From NCBI RefSeq assembly GCF_031769215.1, contig NW_026782152.1:930001-994000 (forward strand): a stretch of DNA of 64,000 nucleotides. Direction: 5' to 3'. The position numbers were made by a program, and so were the translations under genes. This stretch comes from Ylistrum balloti. Lineage: Eukaryota. Within the stretch, counting starts at the first letter, position 1. Each line of letters opens with the position of its first letter. Below are positions 22,937 through 36,018 of the stretch, piece by piece. The notes below the pieces were generated by a model. It worked only from the letters and a program-made list of their open reading frames with translations, did no database searches and was not told the DNA's origin.

Positions 22937-25828
22937 ATAAGTCATGTGTTTGAGAGGATAAATTGAATGGTAAAATTACATTGTCATCACATAATCCAGC
23001 TCAGCCGAGGCTAAGTGTTCTACCGGTATGCTTCCGAATTTGTCACAGATTTACCTCTGTTTTTTCTCTCTAAAACCATGAAACATTGTCCGAGTTATTC
23101 TGATGTCAGCGATCGATTTTTTTTATATCGTTCTGAAGTCGATGAACATTTTATATTTGATCGAATATGATTAGAATAAGCAGTGTCAATAATAAATGTA
23201 AATATCAATAACAGCATAATAAATGTGAATATTGACATTAAATTATCATGAAAGAGACAGAAATGTTTTGATCTCATTCGACCGAACTACGTGTCCTGTC
23301 TGTAATACTTGCTTGTTTAATTAAAATATATTGATGCACATTAATAAATCCTGTTATTTCATACTTGTATAATCCATGAAGTAATATTAGGAACAACATT
23401 GGTGTATGACCCATGGAAAAAAAATGAAAAGTACATGTAGTTAGAAGAACGATATGTACAACAGCCCGAGCACCGACGTCTGGTCGAACTTCTGTTGAAG
23501 TCGTGTTGTACAATTCCCAGAGAAAACAGATCAATAGAATTCGATGAAATGAGCCATCCAAATGTTTCACTTTCAGTTTCGGAAACTTTCTGAAACCTTC
23601 TGAAACCCCTCGCTGTTTTTCTAAAAACCCTATATAGGTCACATACAAGAGGACACTGCGGTTTTCTGTAAACAGTTGTTACACTTGTACTTGACCTTTC
23701 GAGATTATTCAAATATTTACATATACCGACCGCTCTAGTTTTAAGGTTTATAAATAGTTTGCCGCTACCAGAGACAACAGTTCAGATTAAAATGGAATGT
23801 GAATAACCATGTTGTTTTTGTTCAATAAGTATTTCTGAATTTATTTACTAACTTATAAATGCTTTACGTATGTGAAATGTGACATGTATATCTGGCTTGT
23901 TTTTCGCATTCTTTTTGTTCTAAAGGGTCCATGGTGTTTTCCCTTTCATTTTGGTTTCTTTTCAGTCCATTCAAGTTCTTCATGCTGTCTTTCCCGTACT
24001 TTCCTGTTGTCTTTTCATTTTGTCGATGTTATTTATCCTCGTTTAATATCCCTTTATCTGCGATTGTCTTTCGTTTGGCTTCAAAGTCTCACTGGAACTT
24101 GTAATCTTTTTTTGTTTGTGTTTTCCGATTTCATGAAGCCATTGTATTATATGACCTCTGTTCTTGTTTCAGTGACCCCTCGATCGGTTACCTTTCTCCT
24201 CTCTGTTCGGAAGTATACATAATTTTGTGATATCATTGATAATGTCAGGTACGAGAATATTGTAAATACGGTTCAACTAAACAGGTTGATGTACATGAAC
24301 GTAATAAAGAACTTGAACTTTCAGGTGTTTGGTCTGGTTTTTGGGGCTTTGATAATGCAATTGTAACTATCATTTAATTTCTCAACTACTGTCTACCCTT
24401 CGCTTGTTTTACTCTTTTTTTCACTTATTAAGTTTTTTGTTGTTCACACTCAATTTTTTTCTTTTGTCTTCTATCTTTTTTTCATGACACGAGTTGCCTT
24501 AACAGGGAGAAAAACGTTATGTACCGATTTAACTACAACGAACATTAAATACGGGAGGACTGTGTCTCCATGCAACTGTTCAATGGTTCGTTAGATTTAC
24601 CAGCGGCGCGTGAAAAAATTAAAGTAATGCTACTGAAAACAAAAAAAGTTTCAAAGCCAAAGTGACACACAAAAATATCAACCTACCTTTCTCACCAACT
24701 CCACAATGTGTAATGATAATGAATGTTCTCATTTTCGTTTAAGTCATATTTGAAAACAATTCATTGACCTCTGCTTAATCCTGACCAAGCTTTGAACAAC
24801 TGGGCTGACATATAAGAAGTCAATTTAAACTTCTATACACAGACCAAAACGGTTCCAATGTTTTATTAACCGACACATCACATATTTTGTAATATTTGAA
24901 ATAATTCTGTTTGATGTATATATATATATAATTATGTAAGTATCTTATTTGTTCATTAAATATCTCACATTAGGTTACTTGTATTTGGTATATTTGATCA
25001 TACTTAAATTATGAAATTTTTATTTATTTTCAGATATCCAAGGCATTATTTCATGTGAAAATGTCTACATGGTTTGTTACTAGGAGTGTGATAACCTTAC
25101 CAGCTATATTCATTACACCGCAATTTAAGGTAAATATATTCAAAGCTGTTGCTGATATTGATCTTGACAATGACGAGTTTTTTTTCTAGTTCGTTTATGT
25201 TGATACAATCAATTAATATTTAATTCTAGGACTGAGTTAAACTAATTCTTTTGCATAAATGAAACAAATGGACCAGGAACAATGTACGTCAATACAAAAA
25301 TCACCCTCCCTTAGTATTTAAGACATAATATTAACTGATGTGATATAAGATACAGTTGGTAAAAATCAATTCTATTTCATTTATAAAAATATATGCAATA
25401 TCAGAAATATTAAAAAGGAAAAAGTAAAACGAAGGAAAAAAACAATGAAATGTTGCTGTTATTTATCCCACACGTTTTGATACTATTTACCGGGAAAAGA
25501 TGGCATTCCCTGTAGTACTTTCGGTTTCGGTTCTGGATGTTTTCCAGAATCACCTAGCACAGCAGTAGGTCACATTCAGAAAACAGTGGAGATTTTCTGT
25601 AAACACAGGACACGAGTGAAATGGAACACACGTTATCAACACAACACAGGCGTTTCTGATAACGTAAAATATCTCATGGCTTTCGTAAATTTTGTTTTAC
25701 ATTGTATAACGTACCGCCATAACATGAATTAATCTGTGAGTGTCACTGGATATTATTGTCCCCTTTTTACTGCATAAAATATCCAACAAGTTAAAAACAA
25801 AAGCAAACATATTTTTTTAAATTGCAAC

Positions 25829-28800
25829 GTACGGGTGATATTTTCTGTATGGTCCTTCATATTTATGTACCTCGGGTGATATTTTCTGTATGGTCCTTCA
25901 TATTTATGTACCTCGGGTCACTCTTATTTATGTAGAGCAGACAATGCTTTTTGTATGGTCACTTTATAAATGTAGAGCAGGAAATGTTTTCTGTATGGTC
26001 ACTTTTATATATGTAGAGCAGGCAATGTTTTATGTTTGGTCACTTTTATATGTGTAGAGCAGGCAATGTTTTCTGTATGGTCACTTTTATAGATGTAGAA
26101 AAGGCAATGCTTTCTGTATGGTCACTTTTATATGTGTAGAGCAGGCAATGTTTTCTGTTTGGTCACTTTTGATATATGTAGAGCAGGCAATGTTTTATGT
26201 TTGGTCACTTTTATAGATGTAGAAAAGGCAATGCTTTCTGGATGGTCACTTTTATATATGTAGAGCAGGCAATGCTTTCTGTATGGTCACTTTTGATATA
26301 TGTAGAGCAGGCAATGTTTTCTGTATGGTCACGTTTATAGATGTAGAAAAGGCAATGCTTTCTGTATGGTCACTTTATAGATGTAGAGCAGGATTTGTTT
26401 TCTGTTTGGTCACTTACATATATGGAGAGCAGGCAATGTTTTCTGTTTGGTCACTTACATATATGTAGAGCAGGCAATGTTTTCTGTATGGTCACTTTTA
26501 TATGTGTAGAGCAGGCAATGTTTTCTGTTTGGTCACTTTTATAGATGTAGAAAAGGCAATGTTTTCTGTATGGTCACTTCTATATATGTAGAGCACGAAA
26601 TGTTTTCTGTTTGGTCACTTATATAAATGTAGAGCAGGCAATGCTTTCTGTATGGTCACTTTTATATATGTAGAGCAGGCAATGCTTTCTGTATGGTCAC
26701 TGTTATATATGTAGAACAGGCAATGCTTTCTGTATGGTCACTTTTATATATAAAGAGCAGGCAATGTTTTCTGTATGGTCACTTTTACAAATGTAGAGAA
26801 AGCAATGCTTTCTGTATGGTCACTTATATAAATGTAGAGAAGGCAATGCTTTCTGTATGGTCACTTATATATATGTTGAGCAGGCAATACTTTCTGTATG
26901 GTCACTTCATAGATGTAGAGCTGGATTTGTTTTCTGTATGGTCACTTTATATATGTAGAGCAGGCAATATTTTCTGTATGGTCACTTTATATATGTAGAG
27001 CAGGCAATATTTTCTGTATGGTCACTTTATATATGTAGAGCAGGCAATGTTTTCTGTATGGTCACATTGATATATGGAGAGCAGGCAATGTTTTCTGTAT
27101 GATCACTTATATATATATGTAGTGCAGGGAATGTTTTCTGTATGGCTCTTTTATATATGTAGAGCAGGCAATGCTTTCTGTATGGTCACTTTTATATATG
27201 TAGAACAGGCAATGTTTTCTGTATGGTCACTTTGATATATGGAGAGCAGGCAATGTTTTCTGTATGGTCACTTTGATATATGGAGAGCAGGCAATGTTTT
27301 CTGTATGGTCACTTTTATATATGTAGAGCAGGCAATGTTTTCTGTATGGTCACTTTTATATATGTAGAGCAGGCAATGTTTTCTGTATGGTCACTTTGAT
27401 ATATGGAGAGCAGGCAATGTTTTCTGTATGGTCACTTTGATATATGGAGAGCAGGCAATGCTTTCTGTATGGTCACTTATATATATATGTAGAGCAGGCA
27501 ATGCTTTCTGTATGGTCACTTTTATACATGTACCTCGGATTATATTTCAGTATCTTTACATTGATACACCAGGGTTGAAAAATCAAAGATTACATTTTAA
27601 GGCTATCAGAAGCCCTGCTTAGTTTTCAGAAAACTACCATCAGACGGTAGGCGGCTCAAATTATCTAGAACAAATCTTTTAAATTCCGAGAATGGATAAC
27701 TGAGTTTCATTTTTGATCATTTTCTGAAATCTCAAATCGGGCACCAAATCAATATCTAATTTTAGCACAGACTTGGTTACAGAAAACCGACCTCTGTGCT
27801 GCATTTTTTTTGTGAAATACGTGGAATAAGATAACACTAGGTATAGAGTTCTACAGGCACCAGATACAAACTCTAATTCATTGAAAAAGACCTCCCGTTG
27901 TTTAAAGGGATTTTATCATAACGATAGCCTGATTTAAATGAATGAAGACATTATACAATCTTTTCATAGTTGATTTCTTTGAAGCGTAAAATTTTCAGAC
28001 TTATGAATAAGTCGTTTTTTGAGTATACACTCTGTTTATGTTGAAAATGGACATATTGATCATGACCAGTTATTCACAGTGTGACAACAGAGTCCTTGCC
28101 AACCAATTTTATTAAAATAGAGATATTAATTTCCCACTCCAATACTTTCCATTCATTAACAGAAAGCATTCGCGTGGTAAAAGATCTGTATTTCAATCAG
28201 ATTTGGCCCTATCTTGAACATGACGCAAATTGTAAAAACCAAATAAAGCAGCGGCGTTTTTTCTATTTGTTTAAGGAAACCAAAGACGTGGTGAGACAAT
28301 TTTTAATTGTTTTTATCATCAATGGGAAATTTTCAAAAATTGTTCTGATATTATTGACGTATTGTTTCTTTGTGTACCTTCAGCTTATGTTTAATTTTAC
28401 CACGATATTCCGGAAAAAATATATAGTATACGTTTTTTGTTTAGTTAGTTAAATAGTCTAAAAGAAAGGACCGGTGATTGAGTTTACCCGACAAAACCTG
28501 ACAAAATTTCACCACGCGCTACCTATAAGTTTTCCTTAACATTTAAGAATAGTAATGACGATGTTAACTCGTGAGTAAGTATATCGGGGGAGAGGGTATG
28601 ATAGAATTCACCGTTCTATAAAAGCATTTTTCAGAGGAAAAGCGACTTCCTAAAACTGAACATATTTCACAGAAGCAAGAAAGTTCCTAAAATATGACCA
28701 GGATTATTTTTCATGGAAGCAAACGTGTTTCTAAAACTGAATAGTAATAGTGCGTGGCACTGTAGTAAATTAATGTGTCTGTTTATCTTTAACGCATGAG

Positions 28801-31800
28801 GTTCGGAGAAAATATTCCTGTAAGCTAAAGTCAAATATTTATTACGTAATCTTTAATCATGACTAATATCTTATTTATCAAATGAATGAATTTTTCTTAG
28901 ATTACTGTAATGGGATTACAGGACGTTTTACTAAGGTAGAAAGATAGGACAGAGTTTTTGTTCTTTCTTCGTAGATATAATATTATTATTAAGTTTATGT
29001 TTAATGGTTGTAGGCCTAACACGCAGAACAAGACAGATTTTTTTGTTTTTTGTACCTTGTAATAGGTTCCTGCAGTATTGTTATAAGTGTTTCTCTGCAG
29101 AGACCACTTCATTCATCTTTCAAATACACGTTATACATGATTGCATGTGTTTTATATCTTTTTAAAATATAGCTGCGATGTCATTCATTGCGTCACTGTT
29201 ATATATGTAGAGCAGATAATGTTTTCTGTATGGTCACTTTTATATATGAAGAGCAGGCAATGCTTTCTGTATGGTCACTTATAAATATGTGGAGCAGACG
29301 ATGTTTTCTTTACGGTCAATTATTAGAACTGTATGTTTTCCGTATGGTCACTTTTATATATGAAGAGCAGTCAATGCTTTCTGTATGGTCACTTTTAGTC
29401 ACTTATATAAATGTAGAGCAGGCAATGTTTTCTGTATGGTCACTTTTATATATGTAGAGCAGGCTTTTATATATGTAGAGCAGGCGATGCTTTCTGTATG
29501 GTCACTTTTATATATGAAGAGCAGGCTTTGATATATGCTTTCTGTATGGTCACTTTTATATATGAATGTTTTCCTTTTATATATGTAGAGCAGGCAATGT
29601 TTTCTGTATGGTCACTTTGATATATATTTCTTAAAAAATCAATGATTACATTTTAAGGCTATCAGAAGCCCTGCTTAGTTTTCAGAAAACTACCATCAGA
29701 CGGTAGGCGGCTCAAATTATCTAGAACAAATCTTTTAAATTCCGAGAATGGATAACTGAATTTCATTTTTGATCCTTTTCTGAAATCTCAAATCGGGCAC
29801 CAAATCAATATTTAATTTTAGCACAGACTTGATTACAGAAAACCGACCTCTGTGCTGCATGTTTTTTGTGAAATACGTGGAATAAGATAACACTAGGTAT
29901 AGAATTCTACAGGCACCAGATACAAACTCTAATTCATTGAAAAAGCCCTCCCGTTGTTTAAAGGGATTTTATCATAACGATAGCCTGATTTAAATGAATG
30001 AAGACATTATACAATCGTTTCATAGTTGATTTCTTTGAAGCGTAAAATTTTCAGACTTATGAATAATTCGTTTTTTGAGTATACACTCTGTTTATGTTGA
30101 AAATGGACATATTGATCATGACCAGTTATTCACAGTGTGACAACAGAGTCCTTGCCAACCAATTTTATTAAAATAGAGATATTAATTTCCCACTCCAATA
30201 CTTTCCATTCATTAACAGAAAGCATTCGCGTGGTAAAAGATCTGTATTTCAATCAGATTTGGCCCTATCTTGAACATGACGCAAATTGTAAAAACCAAAT
30301 AAAGCAGCGGCGTTTTTTCTATTTGTTTAAGGAAACCAAAGACGTGGTGAGACAATTTTTAATTGTTTTTATCATCAATGGGAAATTTTCAAAAATTGTT
30401 CTGATATTATTGACGTATTTTTGTTTAGTTAGTTAAATAGTCTAAAAGAAAGGACCGGTGATTGAGTTTACCCGACAAAACCTGACAAAATTTCATATAC
30501 CTATAAGTTTTTTAACATTTAAGAATAGTAATGACGATGTTAACTCGTGAGTAAGTATATCGGGGGAGAGGGTATGATGAATTCAGTTCTATAAAAGCAT
30601 TTTTCAGAGGAAAAGCGACTTCCTAAAACTGAACATATTTCACAGAAGCAAGAAAGTTCCTAAAATATGACCAGGATTATTTTTCATGGAAGCAAACGTG
30701 TTTCTAAAACTGAATAGTAATAGTGCGTGGCACTGTAGTAAATTAATGTGTCTGTTTATCTCTAACGCATGAGGTTCGGAGAAAATGTTCAAGTAAGCTA
30801 AAGTCAAATATTTATTACGTAATCTTTAATCATGACTAAATATCTTATTTATCAAATGAATGAATTTTTCTTAGATTACTGTAATGGGATTACAGGACGT
30901 TTTACTAAGGTAGAAAGATAGGACAGAGTTTTTGTTCTTTCTTCGTAGATATAATATTACTGAGTTTATGTTTTAATGGTTGTAGGCCTAACACGTAGAA
31001 CAAGACAGATATTTTGTAACTTTTAATAGGTACCTGTAGTTATTGTTACAAGTGTTTCTCTGTACAGACCACTTCATTCATCTTTCAAATACACGTTATA
31101 CATGATTGCATGTGTTTTATATCTTTTTAAAATATAGCTGCGATGTCATTCATTGTTATATATGTAGAGCAGATAATGTTTTCTCTGTTTTCTGTACGGT
31201 CACTTTTTTTATATATGTAGAACAGGCAATGTTTTCCGTATGGTCCCTTTTATATATGAAGAGCAGGCAATGCTTTCTGTAGCACTTTTATATATGTCAA
31301 ATATTCACTTTTATATAATCTTTTTCATGTCACCTTTTTATATATGTAGAGCAGGCAATGTTTTCTTATTCACTATTATAATGAAAGGCAATTTTCACTT
31401 TTATATATGTAATGGGATTATATAAATGTAGACAGGCAATGCTTTCTGTATGGTCACTTTTATATATGAAGAGCAGGCAATGCTTTCTGTATGGTCACTT
31501 ATATATATATGTAGATATGCTTTCTTATGGTCACTTTTATTAGAGCAGGCAATTTATTCACTTTTATATATGTATGCAATGTTTTCTGTAGGTCACTTTT
31601 TTATATATGTAGAACAGGCAATTTTTCTGTATGGTCACTTTTTTATATATGAAGAGCAGGCAATGCTTTCTGTATGGTCACTTTTATATATGTGGAGCAG
31701 ACGATGTTTTCTGTACGGTCACTTTTTTATATATATGAAGAGCAGGCAATGCTTTCTGTATGGGCACTTTTATATATGTAGAGCAGGCAATGCTTTCTGT

Positions 31801-34800
31801 ATGGTCACTTTTATATATGTTACGGTCACCTTTTTATATATGTAGAGCAGGCAATGTTTTCTGTATGGTCACTTTTATAGATGTAGAAAAGGCAATGTTT
31901 TCTGTTTGGTCACTTATATAAATGTAGAGAAGGCAATGCTTTCTGTATGGTCACTTTTATATATGAAGAGTAGGCAATGCTTTCTGTATGGTCACTTTTA
32001 TATATGTAGAACAGGCAATGTTTTCTGTACGGTCACTTTTTCATATATGTAGAACAGGCAATGCTTTCTGTATGGTCACTTTTTTATATATGAAGAGCAG
32101 GCAATGTTTTCCGTATGGTCCCTTTTATATATGAAGAGCAGGCAATGCTTTCTGTATGGTCACTTTTATATATGAAGAGCAGGCAATGCTTTCTGTATGG
32201 TCACTTTTATATATGAAGAGCAGGCAATGCTTTCTGTATGGTCACTTTTATATATGAACCTCGGATTATATTTCTTAAAAAATCAATGATTACATTTTAA
32301 GGCTATCAGAAGCCCTGCTTACTTTTCAGAAAACTACCATCAGACGGTAGGCGGCTCAAATTATCTAGAACAAATCTTTTAAATTCCGAGAATGGATAAC
32401 TGAATTTCATTTTTGATCCTTTTCTGAAATCTCAAATCGGGCACCAAATCAATATTTAATTTTAGCACAGACTTGATTACAGAAAACCGACCTCTGTGCT
32501 GCATGTTTTTTGTGAAATACGTGGAATAAGATAACACTAGGTATAGAATTCTACAGGCACCAGATACAAACTCTAATTCATTGAAAAAGCCCTCCCGTTG
32601 TTTAAAGGGATTTTATCATAACGATAGCCTGATTTAAATGAATGAAGACATTATACAATCGTTTCATAGTTGATTTCTTTGAAGCGTAAAATTTTCAGAC
32701 TTATGAATAATTCGTTTTTTGAGTATACACTCTGTTTATGTTGAAAATGGACATATTGATCATGACCAGTTATTCACAGTGTGCCAACAGAGGGGTTTGC
32801 CAATTTGATTAAAATACAGATCTTACCACTCCAATACTTTCCGATCATTAACAGAAAGCGTTCTCTTAGATAGTCTAAAAGAAAGGAACAGTGATTGAGT
32901 TTACCCGACAAAACATGATGCGTGGCACTGTAGTAAATTAATGTGTCTGTTTATCTCTAACGCATGAGGTTCGGAGAAAATATTCCTGTAAGCTAAAGTC
33001 AAATATTTATTACGTAATCTTTAATCATGACTAAATATCTTATTTATCAAATGAATGAATTTTCCTTATATAACTGTAATGGGATTACAGGACGTTTTAC
33101 TAAGGTAGAAAGATAGGACAGAGTTTTTGTTCTTTCTTCGTAGATATAATATTATTATTAAGTTGATGTTTTAATGGTTGTAGGCCTAACACGCAGAACA
33201 AGACAGATTTTTTTGTACCTTGTAATAGGTTCCTGCAGTATTGTTATAAGTGTTTCTCTGCACAGACCACTTCATTCATCATTCAAATACACGTTATACA
33301 TGATTGCATGTGTTTTATATCTTTTTAAAATATAGCTGCGATGTCATTCATTGCGTCACTGTTATATATGTAGAGCAGATAATGTTTTCTGTATGGGCAC
33401 TTTTATATATGTAGAGCAGGCAATGCTTTCTGTATGGTCACTTTTATATATGTGGAGCAGACGATGTTTTCTGTACGGTCACTTTTTATATATGTAGAAC
33501 AGGCAATGTTTTCTGTATGGTCCCTTTTATATATGTAGAGCAGGCAATGCTTTCTGTATGGTCACTTTTATATATGTGGAGCAGACGATGTTTTCTGTAC
33601 GGTCACCTTTTTATATATGTAGAGCAGGCAATGTTTTCTGTATGGTCACTTTTATAGATGTAGAAAAGGCAATGTTTTCTGTTTGGTCACTTATATAAAT
33701 GTAGAGCAGGCAATGTTTTCTGTATGGTCACTTTTATAGATGTAGAAAAGGCAATGTTTTCTGTATGGTCACTTTTATATATGTAGAGCACGAAATGTTT
33801 TCTGTTTGGTCACTTATATAAATGTAGAGCAGGCAATGCTTTCTGTATGGTCACTTTTATATATGAAGAGCAGGCAATGCTTTCTGTATGGTCACTTATA
33901 TATATATGTAGTGCAGGCAATGCTTTCTGTATGGTCACTTTTATATATGAAGAGCAGGCAATGCTTTCTGTATGGTCACTTTTATATATGTAGAACAGGC
34001 AATGCTTTCTGTATGGTCACTTTTTTATATATGAAGAGCAGGCAATGCTTTCTGTATGGTCACTTTTATATATGAAGAGCAGGCAATGCTTTCTGTATGG
34101 TCACATTTTATATATGAAGAGCAGGCAATGTTTTCCGTATGGTCCCTTTTATATATGAAGAGCAGGCAATGCTTTCTGTATGGTCACTTTTATATATGTA
34201 GAGCAGGCAATGCTTTCTGTATGGTCACTTTTATATATGTGGAGCAGACGATGTTTTCTGTACGGTCACCTTTTTATATATGTAGAGCAGGCAATGTTTT
34301 CTGTATGGTCCCTTTTATATATGAAGAGCAGGCAATGCTTTCTGTATGGTCACTTTTATATATGAAGAGCAGGTAATGCTTTCCGTATGGTCACATTTTA
34401 TATATGAAGAGCAGGCAATGTTTTCCGTATGGTCCCTTTTATATATGTAGAACAGGCAATGTTTTCTGTATGATCCGTTTTATATATGAAGAGCAGGCAA
34501 TGCTTTCTGTATGGTCACTTTTATATATGAAGAGCAGGCAATGTTTTCCGTATGGTCCCTTTTATATATGTAGAACAGGCAATGTTTTCTGTATGGTTCC
34601 TTTTATATATGAAGAACAGGCAATGTTTTCTGTATGGTCCGTTTTATATATGAAGAGCAGGCAATGCTTTCTGTACGGTCACTTTTATATATGAACCTTG
34701 TATTATATTTCTTAAAAAATCAAAGATTACATTTAAGGCTATCAGAAGCCCTGCTTATTTTTCAGAAAACTATCATCAGACGGTAGGCGGCTCAAATTAT

Positions 34801-35688
34801 TTAGAACAAATCTCATAAATTCCGAGATTGGATAACTGAGTTTCATTTTTGATCCTTTTCTGAAATCTCAAATCGGGCACCAAATCAATATTTAATTTTA
34901 GCGCAGACTTGATTACAGAAAACCGACCTCTGTGCTGCATGTTTTTTGTGAAATACGTGGAATAAGATAACACTAGGTATAGAATTCTACAGGCACCAGA
35001 TACAAACTCTAATTCATTGAAAATGCCCTCCCGTTGTTTAAAGGGATTTTATCATAACGATAGCCTGATTTAAATGAATGAAGACATTATACAATCGTTT
35101 CATAGTTGATTTCTTTGAAGCGTAAAATTTTCAGACTTATGAATAATTCGTTTTTTGAGTATACACTCTGTTTATGTTGAAAATGGACATATTGATCATG
35201 ACCAGTTATTCACAGTGTGCCAACAGAGGGGTTTGCCAATTTGATTAAAATACAGATCTTACCACTCCAATACTTTCCGATCATTAACAGAAAGCGTTCT
35301 CTTAGATAGTCTAAAAGAAAGGAACGGTGATTGAGTTTACCCGACAAAACATGATGCGTGGCACTGTAGTAAATTAATGTGTCTGTTTATCTCTAACGCA
35401 TGAGGTTCGGAGAAAATGTTCAAGTAAGCTAAAGTCAAATATTTATTACGTAATCTTTAATCATGACTAAATATCTTATTTATCAAATGAATGAATTTTC
35501 CTTAGATAATTGTAATGGGATTACAGGACGTTTTACTAAGGTAGAAAGATAGGACAGAGTTTTTGTTCTTTCTTCGTAGATATAATATTATTATTAAGTT
35601 GATGTTTTAATGGTTGTAGGCCTAACACGCAGAACAAGACAGATTTTTTTGTACCTTGTAATAAGTTCCTGCAGTATTAAGTGTTTCC
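25829..35688. repeat. Higher-order repeat: four ~41-bp satellite arrays alternating with four copies of a 1.0-1.7 kb spacer
   Basis: Satellite unit ATGTAGAGCAGGCAATGTTTTCTGTATGGTCACTTTTATAT at ~25920-27530, 29200-29620, 31155-32258 and 33362-34695. Spacer copies at ~27533-29200, 29622-31155, 32259-33362 and 34696-35688. Confidence 0.92.
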
Positions 35689-36018
35689 TGCCCAAAATCT
35701 TTAGAATGGTAGTTATTTCTCATGGCGTAACACTAAGCATTGACGGGTTCGCCATAGTCAGTATAAAGCTACCGGCTGTGGTGTTCGTCTGGTGGCCTTT
35801 GAAGTATACTTCAGTAAATCGGCTTCAGTTCCACATTATCTTTAGGAGACTTCCATGAACATATCGCAGCCTCCCAAATGTACGAACAATCAACATATGG
35901 ACTCATCTCCCATACACCGGTAGACCATTCTTAACATTCAAAGTTCATAGCTAGAAACGCGTTAGAGAAATTAAAAATGTAACGATTAAAAGATACAAGG
36001 TACAAAATATGTACAAAC

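Noticed and set aside
25034-25129. Possible exon (TTTTCAG|..ATGTCTACATGG..AAG|GTAAAT)
   Set aside because: Splice signals are plausible, but there is no recognisable product or partner exon.
28081-30436. ORFs MTTESLPTNFIK.. in spacer copies 1 and 2
   Set aside because: GTG start, AT-rich, different ends in the two copies and disrupted in copies 3 and 4; no domain recognised.
26283-34694. Many short ORFs such as MVTFIYEEQAMLSVWSLLY
   Set aside because: Translations of the 41-bp satellite; frames shift with unit-length variation.
35690-35950. GC-richer segment after a good minus-strand branch/acceptor (CTCTAAC..TTTCTAG), considered as exon 3 of the RdRP pseudogene
   Set aside because: All frames contain stops and none resembles PSAFQIRYGGCKG; left unexplained.
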